A stretch of DNA of 64,000 bases from a virus: positions 32,001 through 96,000 of IMG/VR virus record IMGVR_UViG_3300030047_000014. One strand, 5' to 3'. Position 1 is the first letter of the stretch. The number at the start of each line of letters is the position of its first letter. The notes below the pieces were generated by a model, which did no database searches, was not told where the DNA came from, and saw only the letters and a list, made by a program, of their open reading frames with translations. Of the stretch, positions 34,501-42,924 are shown one piece after another. The translations under genes were made by a program, and so were the position numbers.

Positions 34501-37004
34501 CTCTTAAGAATGATATATTAAATCAGTGGGGACAGATATATTCTTATGAGGCAATTGATACAGGGTTTCAAAGGATATTTAATAATCCTACTGATCAACC
34601 TGATGTTATATTTGGTGGGGATACATTTATTAATAGATTTGCTTTTAAAACTAAGTTACCATTCTTTATTGATAATAGAGTAGGAGCTCCTGATGATAGT
34701 GATATATTTTATGATGAAATAGGTAATATAGCTTATCCTAAATATTGGCACTCAGCTAGATCTATTCTGAAGGATTATATGTCTTCTGGAGGTTTATTAT
34801 CTAATATTATCTCTTATAAAGCACATAATTTTGATTGTCCTAATGATGTTGTTAATACTGTTATTGAAGCTATTCCTATTGGTTCAGAGACTTCTATTAC
34901 AACAACAACTACAACAACTACATTAAAACCAGATGTTCCTGTTGATTCAGAGTTGACTTACTATGATGGGTATTTCTATTTATTTGCTTATGGTACACCT
35001 AATTTCTATTGTGAGAGTTCATATAATTTAGATCTTAGACAAGCTTTTAATAATAAAGAAGGTGATTTTTATCCTCATGTAAGTACTGGAATTCCTGATG
35101 AATGGGTACAGGAATCTTTTGTGTCTATTGCTATGGATAACACATACTATTATAATACTACTTATTCTAAGCAAAACAAAGAGAATACTTTTACTAGTCT
35201 TCCTCCAGATTGGGAGGAAAAGTTGTGCTATACTCATTTTCCTTTTAGAAGTATATATTCTAATAAACAGGATACAAATGCAACTACTCATGTAAATAAT
35301 TGGCTTGTATATTCTCCATTATCATATTTTGATTTTCCTCAGACTAATGGTAAATTAATATCTTTAGATGGTATTCAGAATAAAGCTATATTAGCCAGGT
35401 TTGAGAATAAGAGTTTATTATATAATAATCTCTTAACTGTAAATACAAGTAATCCTCAAGCTGCCTATTTTGGTAATCCTGATATGTTTAAAGGTGCACC
35501 TCCTATTGATTTTGCAGAAACGGATCTTGGATATGTAGGAAGTCAGCATAAGATGTTATTAAAGATACCTCAGGGTCAAGTAACTATAGATGCAAAAAGA
35601 GGTCAGATATTTCTAATTGAAGGAACTCAGATTTCTGAATTATCTACATTTGGCTCTGGAATGAATAGATTCTTTACAGATCATTTAGCATTTGAGATTC
35701 TAAGATATTATCCTGATGTAGATATAGATAATGCCTATAATTCTATAGGATTACATGGTGTATATGATTCTAAATTTGATAGACTTATAATTACTAAATT
35801 AGACTATATTCCTCTTAATAAAGAAATTAAGTATGATAGTTCTACTTTTAAATTTTATATAAATAAAAAGATAGGAAATGAGACTATAAAAGAGACAGTA
35901 TTATTAACAGATACCGATTATTTCTGTAATAAATCCTGGACTTTATCCTATAACATGAATACTAGATCCTGGATTAGTTTTCATAGTTATATCCCTAATT
36001 TCTATATTGCAGAGAATAACTTCTTTTATTCAGGTATAAAAGGATGTTGTGATGAATTTGATGCTGTAGCAGTAGTTTCTGTTCCAGAACCAAGTACTTC
36101 AACAACTACTTCTACAACTACTATTGTATGTTCTTTGAATGCTGAAGTTATACCTATTACAACTACAACAACATCAAGTACTTCTACCACAACAACTACT
36201 AGTACAACTGCTTATATTACAACTACAACTACAACTACAGCACACCTATGTTGGACTTGCCCAGAAGGTTATGTACCAATAATTAATGGATGTTATACAG
36301 AGGAAAGTATAACTCCTAATCCTCCTTCTGCAGCAGAAATCTTAGCTAATAAGACTTATGGTGGTTATGGAAAATCTGGAGGTAAATTCTATAGATTAGA
36401 AGGTGCTGACTATATTGAAGATGATACTATTCCTATTCTTACTACAGATGTAGTATGGAAGAATACATCAGAGAATCTTACTGATGGGGTATTAAATAGA
36501 TGTGGTGTCTGGTCTGCATTAGATGCTACTCCAGGACAATACATAGGTTTTGGTAGAGAAGTAGTAGCTCCAGTTGGTAAGATTTACTATGTAGGACTTG
36601 GTGCAGATAATTATATGTCTCTGGAAATTAATAACATATTAGTTAAGCAATTCCCATCTGGAGATACTATAAATGATCATTATGAGAGTTGGCATTTATT
36701 CCCTGTATATTTAAATGCAGGATCCAATCTTATTCATATGATTGGTTATAATGATCTTGCCTTAGCTTGTATGGGAGCTGAAATTTATGATGCAACTCTA
36801 TCTCAATTACAGAATGTTACTTCTGTAGCTGAATTGGATGCTCTAACTATATTCTCTACTAAATCTTTAATAGGATCTTATGTAGAAGAAGGAAACTTTG
36901 GAACTGGATTTACATGTCCAGATGGCTATACTCTAGTTAATAGAGATGGTGTTCTTACATGTGATAGGACAATTTATACAGATTGTGACGGAAATACTAT
37001 ATAA
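31575..37004 (+). CDS. Tail stabilisation/muzzle protein (P22 gp10-like) with C-terminal Thr linkers and beta-sandwich module
   Basis: GLNQD...YALNA, SYLRDEVYPF, IFGGDTFINRF, WTLSYNMNTRSWISFHSYIP motifs of crAss-like muzzle proteins. Confidence 0.8.
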   Translation: MATSEQDSNIKQEFNTASVGLNQDQSANQVKKGALTYALNATIENFDANSVSYQNEGGNEFCLNFPADFVLIGKHFIPERNKHIFMLVNPETEESQIGYMDNTDCVYRTYATGGCLNFNVNYPIHKIVHKITNCSTEIYWADRNGRRYMDLDNIPYLLQSGSTLCDPKYGKELDCNQLKLQSNFSIPTLEIKDVVSGGNLIAGTVQFGIQYSDANGNPYTSYYSITNPTSISDPTITSMNFNYPVGKSVIVNISNLDSTGHFQYFNLVVIKTINAISTPELVGTYYIDNTQKQVIYTGQNVEAIKLSMEEVFEKFPTYDIAEDVTTVQDVIIWSGLTSIDRINYQSIANKIKLYWETWRIPSTENYATELNTTNFRSYLRDEVYPFEVVFLLANGKQTDRFHIPGRALTPDEINKPEISTLNADFVGTPTYYVDDIGFSPYWKIYNTSSVLGTSEQFSSDPKYKGSYQYGEFAYWESTEEYPCDKVLWGELAGKKIRHHKFPDVSVSPIFESKTFTNVNSMVMGNDAIFPIGVKIDVQYLKSLINSSDLTDSQKSDIVGFKIVRGDRSTNKSVIAKGILRNVGIYEREDQKFYYPNYPYNDLNQDPFLTSTNNAFSQTCNTYNININHLERDSSGGADFADIQYTDCNTNKQAVKRFYSTDTFELCSISKPIFLNSSAGVVSIATYEEWRIQIKFGIGTVGWVDPVDGYKEIPFGPGYSYLNVVVGTGAPKGISGAEISTLYLGLHAPSSICNKYSELPAIKDNETLKYRQVFNSPETSFGQPFLGDTLKLESVIFGTGKAHFVEVKNNAKYKLITEQAQRKALDSSNKLGAITSDFNASAMFAAYQAYLTIYINGITRKNFAYSFNSIADYNYMTTIPNELGIKQRKLDIKRYLIPGVQSVNDEFTINNYERESSIYLRTDLDKTPLPHPDKTPNMLFGDISLVSDKSRFTVSGIGNCNKPGKEEPIQVVSYYASLKNDILNQWGQIYSYEAIDTGFQRIFNNPTDQPDVIFGGDTFINRFAFKTKLPFFIDNRVGAPDDSDIFYDEIGNIAYPKYWHSARSILKDYMSSGGLLSNIISYKAHNFDCPNDVVNTVIEAIPIGSETSITTTTTTTTLKPDVPVDSELTYYDGYFYLFAYGTPNFYCESSYNLDLRQAFNNKEGDFYPHVSTGIPDEWVQESFVSIAMDNTYYYNTTYSKQNKENTFTSLPPDWEEKLCYTHFPFRSIYSNKQDTNATTHVNNWLVYSPLSYFDFPQTNGKLISLDGIQNKAILARFENKSLLYNNLLTVNTSNPQAAYFGNPDMFKGAPPIDFAETDLGYVGSQHKMLLKIPQGQVTIDAKRGQIFLIEGTQISELSTFGSGMNRFFTDHLAFEILRYYPDVDIDNAYNSIGLHGVYDSKFDRLIITKLDYIPLNKEIKYDSSTFKFYINKKIGNETIKETVLLTDTDYFCNKSWTLSYNMNTRSWISFHSYIPNFYIAENNFFYSGIKGCCDEFDAVAVVSVPEPSTSTTTSTTTIVCSLNAEVIPITTTTTSSTSTTTTTSTTAYITTTTTTTAHLCWTCPEGYVPIINGCYTEESITPNPPSAAEILANKTYGGYGKSGGKFYRLEGADYIEDDTIPILTTDVVWKNTSENLTDGVLNRCGVWSALDATPGQYIGFGREVVAPVGKIYYVGLGADNYMSLEINNILVKQFPSGDTINDHYESWHLFPVYLNAGSNLIHMIGYNDLALACMGAEIYDATLSQLQNVTSVAELDALTIFSTKSLIGSYVEEGNFGTGFTCPDGYTLVNRDGVLTCDRTIYTDCDGNTI

Positions 37005-37006
37005 TC

Positions 37007-39124
37007 ATGGGTCAAGTAAAATATCAAATAATAAGTGGGGCTCCTAATTTTACTGTTAGTCTATCTCCTAAGCTTGTACCAGATCAGGTACAAAGTTCTC
37101 CAGGTATATACTTATTTGAGGATGTACCTATGGGAACTTATATTCTGACTATTGTAGATGCTAATCTTTGTAAGTTTACTGCATCTGTAGATGTAGATAT
37201 TTATCCTTGTATTCTTGAAGGTAAAATATTCTGCGGTGATGATTGTACTATTACAGGGATTATAGATTGTAACTTTATTATTGATACAACTACCACAACT
37301 ACAACATATTCGGGTCTATGCACTACTTGTCCTGAGGGTTATACTGCTACAGTAGATTCTTGTTATATTGAAGATATAATTTCTCCTTATAGTCCAACTA
37401 ATCCTCAAACTCTCTTTGTAAAAAGTAATAAGAGATATGGTACAACTGGTACAATAGTATTTCAACCTGGATGGAATTATGATGGAAGTGGTAGTACATA
37501 TAATGCTTATACAACAGGTAATTTCTGGATTAATCCTATGGTTGATTCTATTGGTGGTACAAATACAGATGGTATTATGAATAAGAATGCTGTTTGGTCT
37601 GGAGTTACTTTAGATGGACAAACAGTAGGATTTCCTATATGTATTGATATCGCTCAGGAGAAAACTTATTTAGTAGGACTTGGATGTGATAATTATGCAG
37701 AAATAAAAATTGATGGGGTTTCTGTATTAATGCAGGACTATAATGCATTATATACTATCTATGCTGATAATGGTTGGGATATTCCTTCCACTAAAGAAAG
37801 TACATTTAGACTTTGGTTTATATATCCTATTACACTTACTGCAGGAAAGCATATAATTGAACTTATAGGGCATAATGATACTAATGTTGCAGCAGTTGGA
37901 CTAGATATATATGATATGTCTGAGAGTGCTTTAATGGCTTGTAATAGCTATGATGATATGGGTTCTGGATTATTATTTAGTACAAAAGACGAAGTTGGTA
38001 AACTAGTTAAGATAGGTAATGAAGGTCAAGGATATAGTTGTCCAGAAGGTTATGTTTTAGGATATTGTGATGATTATCCTATGTGTTATAAAATTGAGTA
38101 TATACCTTGTAGTAGTCAGCCTCTTACTACTTCAACAACTACTACAGATTGTATGCGTCCTACAGGATTATCCTCTGATGCTTTGCAATATAGAATAATG
38201 AATGATAGTGGTATAACTTATGATTGTTATGCTACACTTGATCTTGCAAATCAGGGTATAACAGATTTTATTATAACTGAAGAAAATACAACACAAATAA
38301 TAGAATATACAAGTATAGCAGTGGGAGAGAAACTATATTATGATTTTGGAACAAATTGTGATGTAATGTTTGATGGATACTTTGCAGTTGTTAATACTCT
38401 ATATGATACTACACCACAAATAGTTCATGTGATTAATGGAATAATTACAGAGATATTTGATTATGCTCCTATTATTCAAAAATGCTATGGACTACTATAT
38501 AATTGGTGGGTTGCTTCTTATAATACAGGTGGTGCTTCAATAGCTCCTATTGGATGGCATATTCCTACAGATACTGAGTGGAATACACTAGCAACTACTC
38601 TTGGAGGATTATCTATAGCGGGTGCTTCTATGAAAGAAGCAGGAACAGTTAATTGGGTAGCTCCTAATACTGGTGCAACTAATAGTAGTGGATTTACAGC
38701 ATTACCAATTGGAGATAGAGACTGGATGGGAGGATTTGGTAATCAAGGATATTATGCAACTTGGTGGTCTTCCGCAGAAGCTTCTCCAGGAAATGGTAAA
38801 GACTATCATGTTGAGTTAAATTATAACTATCTTGGGTGGACAGGTCAAACTCCTAATATGGGTGCAGGTCTTAGGGCTATTAAAAATGATAATGTTATGT
38901 CTTCTGTAGAAGTAGTTGATTATGATGGTAATGTATATACACCAATTCAGATAGGATCTCAGATATGGACTCTTGAGAATCTTGTAGCTACACATTTTAG
39001 TAATGGTGTTGCTATTCCTAATTTATCAGATAGTACAGCTTGGAGTACAACTACTGCTTTTGCATTATCTGCATATGATAATAACTGGATTGGTAATGCT
39101 TGTATTCCTGAACCACCTATTTAA
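37007..39124 (+). CDS. Putative receptor-binding protein with repeated module and permuted Fib_succ_major (FISUMP) domain
   Basis: YGLLYNW..GWHIPTDTEW..NSSGFTALP..WWSS..GLRAIK followed by DYDGNVY..IGSQIWTLENL. Confidence 0.75.
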   Translation: MGQVKYQIISGAPNFTVSLSPKLVPDQVQSSPGIYLFEDVPMGTYILTIVDANLCKFTASVDVDIYPCILEGKIFCGDDCTITGIIDCNFIIDTTTTTTTYSGLCTTCPEGYTATVDSCYIEDIISPYSPTNPQTLFVKSNKRYGTTGTIVFQPGWNYDGSGSTYNAYTTGNFWINPMVDSIGGTNTDGIMNKNAVWSGVTLDGQTVGFPICIDIAQEKTYLVGLGCDNYAEIKIDGVSVLMQDYNALYTIYADNGWDIPSTKESTFRLWFIYPITLTAGKHIIELIGHNDTNVAAVGLDIYDMSESALMACNSYDDMGSGLLFSTKDEVGKLVKIGNEGQGYSCPEGYVLGYCDDYPMCYKIEYIPCSSQPLTTSTTTTDCMRPTGLSSDALQYRIMNDSGITYDCYATLDLANQGITDFIITEENTTQIIEYTSIAVGEKLYYDFGTNCDVMFDGYFAVVNTLYDTTPQIVHVINGIITEIFDYAPIIQKCYGLLYNWWVASYNTGGASIAPIGWHIPTDTEWNTLATTLGGLSIAGASMKEAGTVNWVAPNTGATNSSGFTALPIGDRDWMGGFGNQGYYATWWSSAEASPGNGKDYHVELNYNYLGWTGQTPNMGAGLRAIKNDNVMSSVEVVDYDGNVYTPIQIGSQIWTLENLVATHFSNGVAIPNLSDSTAWSTTTAFALSAYDNNWIGNACIPEPPI

Positions 39125-39135
39125 ATTTAAAAGCT

Positions 39136-39999
39136 ATGTCAAAAATTGTTCTTATAAAATTAACAAAAGCAAGTCCTAGAGTAGGACCATTCATACTTCT
39201 TAATCAGGTAGGAGAAACTATTGCTGAGAATTTATCCAGAGGAGCATTGATTAGAGGAATCAATTTAAATCTGGAAGACAATATAACCTCTATCTTGATT
39301 AAGTCTATAGGAGATTGTGAGTACTCTAAAAGGGTACACATTGGTACTGCTACACCTTCTCAACTTAAGAATATAAAATTTAAGGAGATTAATACAGCTT
39401 GTTTATGGAGACATCTTACAAATGCAAATGTCTATAATAACTTCTATGGAAGAATTCATCCATATGTTATTGAATATGTATTCTCATATCAATATCAGGA
39501 TCAAATACTACAGAATATTCAGGATTATACAAAGACTTATAAATATAGTTTAGATGATACTGGAGTATTTAGTTACAATAATAGAGTAGAAGTAGATGCC
39601 TTCTTTAATAAATCTGTTATTTATAATGGTCAGCAATCCTCTGGTAATCTTGTATTAGTTCCAAAACCTAAGAACAATATGCAAGCTTACCTTAAATATC
39701 CTATATATGAAACTAATAGTAAGCAGATAATGGTTACTAAGAGTGATAACTTTTATCAATATAATACTTTCTGGTCTATTGTTAAAGATAGTTCTCAACC
39801 TTTATTTATAACTCCATGTGATTCATTATCAGTACCTAAACAAGTAAATGATGCTAATATGGATTATGGAATGAGATCCTTTAAGAAAGAACCTTTTAAA
39901 GCTAAGGAATTAAGAATTAGGCATACTCTGGATAATAGAGATGATATTCATCTTGTTTCTCAATTCATTGTCATACCTACACAAATATCTTATAAGTAA
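39136..39999 (+). CDS. Separate C-terminal part of the muzzle/stabilisation protein
   Basis: CLWRHLT...YNNFYGRIHPYVIEYV...FNKSVIYNGQQSSG. Confidence 0.6.
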   Translation: MSKIVLIKLTKASPRVGPFILLNQVGETIAENLSRGALIRGINLNLEDNITSILIKSIGDCEYSKRVHIGTATPSQLKNIKFKEINTACLWRHLTNANVYNNFYGRIHPYVIEYVFSYQYQDQILQNIQDYTKTYKYSLDDTGVFSYNNRVEVDAFFNKSVIYNGQQSSGNLVLVPKPKNNMQAYLKYPIYETNSKQIMVTKSDNFYQYNTFWSIVKDSSQPLFITPCDSLSVPKQVNDANMDYGMRSFKKEPFKAKELRIRHTLDNRDDIHLVSQFIVIPTQISYK

Positions 40000-42254
40000 T
40001 GGCAAAGAAACAGACAAATTGGTTAGAAAAGTATCTTCCATCTAAAGAAGAAGATCCTGAGATGTTATATAAGGACAGGTATAATACTCCCCTTAGTGAG
40101 AAAGAACAACCTCTTTTTAATCAGTGGGTGTCTGAAGAGTCTAAAAAGAGAAGAAGAGATATCTTAATGGATAAAGGTACTTATGATCTTCAAGGGTTTT
40201 GGAAGAATGACAGAACTATGGATTCAGATAGTCATGGTTCTGATAAATGGAAAAAGCCCAATCATCCTACCTTTAGCATTGAGTCTATTTATAATGGTAT
40301 GAATGGTAATCAGGCAGGTTCTTGGGGAGAGGATGGAAGTTACTACCCTTCAAGACAGACAAGAGATTTGTACAAAGAAGAGTACTATAAACAAATGTTT
40401 AACAGAGAACCAAACAGACCTGAGCATTTAAACCTGAATAAAAGCACAAATTTATCTCCAAGTATATATGATGATGGTGGAAATATTACTCCTGCAAGAA
40501 AATGGTTAGAGGAAGATGATAGTCTAACTCCCCAGGAAAAAGTACTTAGGGCACATGCAAATGAACCTAATTTTGGACAACGTATGTCTGATGAAGCTTG
40601 GAGCACTATTAATACTATTGGTAGTCTTACTCCTGCATGGTCTTTGTTTGCTGCTAATCAGGCAGGTAGAAATATAGATAAAGGTAAATATATGGATGCA
40701 GCCATTGATGCTGCTATGATTACTGCTCCTTTAGCTATTAGTAAAGGAATTAAGTCTATCATTCCATATTTTAAAGATCCTAGTAAGATTAATCCATTAG
40801 CTTTTAAACCCTCTGAAGATATGATGTATAGAGGTATTGGAGAAGAAGGATATAAAGATGCTGTTAATTCTGGCGTATTTAGACCTCATCAGAATCCAGT
40901 AAAGAATGATATTAAGACTCCATCAGGTCGTACATTTACATTAGGAAAAACTTTTGATAAAACATACTATACAGATAAAGATCACTTTCATGTATTAAAG
41001 GATTATAATCCCTCTTATATAGCTGAGGTCCCTAGAAATGCTGCTGAATTTAGAGCAAGATATGGGAGAAGAAATGACTGGTCTTGGCTTACAGAAGAAC
41101 AGATTTCTGTTACTCAGGGTAAGATATATAAAAAGAATTGGTTACAGGGATACAAAGAAGTAACTCCTAAACTTGCTGATGGTGGAAATCTAACTGCCAA
41201 ACAAGATGTTACAAGAGTAGTTGTACCTCATACTCAGAGATTTAATCAAGAGGAATATGATTACTATCATCCTGTTAAAGAGAAAGGAATTACCTCTGGA
41301 GATTGGAAACAGGATTTGTTATATAACAATCAATGGCTTATTAATGCTCCTGTTGTTGGAGATCAAGTTAAAAAGAAAGCAGAAGAAGTATCTAGAATTA
41401 GTGAGGGAAACTCTCAAGTAGTAAATATTACTAAAAATGATTCTCTTTATAAAGCAGGTGCATTAGAACCTTATACAGGAACAAGTGGAGGATATGGTGA
41501 AAAAAGATCTATAGATTTAGTTGATCAGTATTTTAATGAGAATAATTTGGAAAAATCTAAATATACCCCTAAATCAAATTATCTTCCTTTTCTTCCTTCT
41601 TATTCTATAAAGGGAAATGAGAATTTTAAGAATACTATTCCTGATGTGTTACATGATATTATATCAAATTCTCATAATAACACTGTTGTATCTGATTCCG
41701 CTTTTAATGCTACTTATAACAAATTTTTAGAAGATAAAAATCCTATTTATAGTCAACGTGATTATAGTTCTGAACTAATGCATTTAACAGGAACTAATCT
41801 TGGGGGTCATAAAACAGGATTAGCTTGGGATAAATCAGTAGACTTGCCTTATGCTTCTATATCAGATGCTTGGGATTTTGAACCAAATCATTATACAAAA
41901 AAATGGGCTTATGGAGATAATCCTAATAATTCTCCTGAAGTAAGAGAAGAAGCAGAAAGATTTAGACAACTTGCTAAGATACAATCTACTCTAATGCATA
42001 AAGCAGGAAAACCATTTAAGATTTATGATAGATTTTACTTTGATCCAAAGACTAAAGAATATATTCCTGATGATAGTATTCAGTCTATAAAGAAGAAAAA
42101 AGGTATAACTCCTTTACAAGATGAAATAATGAATAAAGACTACGATAAATATTTTAGTTTAGAGAATGGAGGACAGTTGACAAAGTTAGATCAACTTACT
42201 AATTTTTCATCATATGACAAATCTGTTAAAGGTGGATGGTTAGATAAGTATTAA
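39999..42254 (+). CDS. Multi-domain virion cargo protein (polyvalent-like)
   Basis: Segments delimited by DGG/NGG and WLxKY motifs; KKPNHPTFSIES domain; YRG-type ART-like segment. Confidence 0.6.
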   Translation: MAKKQTNWLEKYLPSKEEDPEMLYKDRYNTPLSEKEQPLFNQWVSEESKKRRRDILMDKGTYDLQGFWKNDRTMDSDSHGSDKWKKPNHPTFSIESIYNGMNGNQAGSWGEDGSYYPSRQTRDLYKEEYYKQMFNREPNRPEHLNLNKSTNLSPSIYDDGGNITPARKWLEEDDSLTPQEKVLRAHANEPNFGQRMSDEAWSTINTIGSLTPAWSLFAANQAGRNIDKGKYMDAAIDAAMITAPLAISKGIKSIIPYFKDPSKINPLAFKPSEDMMYRGIGEEGYKDAVNSGVFRPHQNPVKNDIKTPSGRTFTLGKTFDKTYYTDKDHFHVLKDYNPSYIAEVPRNAAEFRARYGRRNDWSWLTEEQISVTQGKIYKKNWLQGYKEVTPKLADGGNLTAKQDVTRVVVPHTQRFNQEEYDYYHPVKEKGITSGDWKQDLLYNNQWLINAPVVGDQVKKKAEEVSRISEGNSQVVNITKNDSLYKAGALEPYTGTSGGYGEKRSIDLVDQYFNENNLEKSKYTPKSNYLPFLPSYSIKGNENFKNTIPDVLHDIISNSHNNTVVSDSAFNATYNKFLEDKNPIYSQRDYSSELMHLTGTNLGGHKTGLAWDKSVDLPYASISDAWDFEPNHYTKKWAYGDNPNNSPEVREEAERFRQLAKIQSTLMHKAGKPFKIYDRFYFDPKTKEYIPDDSIQSIKKKKGITPLQDEIMNKDYDKYFSLENGGQLTKLDQLTNFSSYDKSVKGGWLDKY

Positions 42255-42273
42255 ATTTTATAAAAAAAATTTC

Positions 42274-42924
42274 ATGTTAGTATTAAGTCAAATATGTAAG
42301 ATATGTAAGAAAGAATTACCTTTGAGTTCAGATTATTTTTGGGTAAGAAATGATTATAAGACAGGATTCTATAGCACATGTAAACAGTGTGTGTCTAATA
42401 AAGATAATATAAATGCACAAAAAACTCAGGACTTAAAAGATAATAAATGGACTTGCACATCATGTAATAAAACATTAGATTTAAACTCTAAGAATTTTTA
42501 TAAGAGAAATGATTCTTTTACAGGGTATCAATTTAGATGTAAGAGTTGTTTACGAAAAGATCCTAATAGATATGACAGATTAGTAAAGAAGGATGATTTA
42601 CTTTATTTTCTAAAAGATTGTCTTAATGGGGCTAAGCATAGATCTTTATATAAGAATATTGAGTTTGATCTAACTCTGGAATTCTTACAAGAGTTATGGA
42701 ATAAACAAAATGGTCTGTGTGCTCTTACTAAAATTAATATGACACATACTATTTTAGAAGGAAAATTAAATACAAATTTGAGTATTGATAAAATAATACC
42801 TAAATTAGGATATATCAAAACTAATGTACAACTAGTTTGTATGTGTGTTAATAGAATGAAGAGTGATTTATCTATTGAGGAATTAAAATATTTTTGTAAT
42901 TTAATACTACAAAACAATGACTAA
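42274..42924 (+). CDS. Zinc-ribbon/HNH-like homing endonuclease
   Basis: Two CxxC...CxxC repeats, then GLCALT...NLSIDKIIPKLGYIKTNVQLVC..VN.MK. Confidence 0.75.
   Translation: MLVLSQICKICKKELPLSSDYFWVRNDYKTGFYSTCKQCVSNKDNINAQKTQDLKDNKWTCTSCNKTLDLNSKNFYKRNDSFTGYQFRCKSCLRKDPNRYDRLVKKDDLLYFLKDCLNGAKHRSLYKNIEFDLTLEFLQELWNKQNGLCALTKINMTHTILEGKLNTNLSIDKIIPKLGYIKTNVQLVCMCVNRMKSDLSIEELKYFCNLILQNND

Noticed and set aside
36094-36240. ACN-rich repeats as a CRISPR array or microsatellite
   Set aside because: They are in-frame mixed Thr/Ser codons with no repeat-spacer periodicity.
37007-39124. Diversity-generating retroelement targeting the FISUMP domain
   Set aside because: No reverse transcriptase and no near-identical template repeat found in the window.
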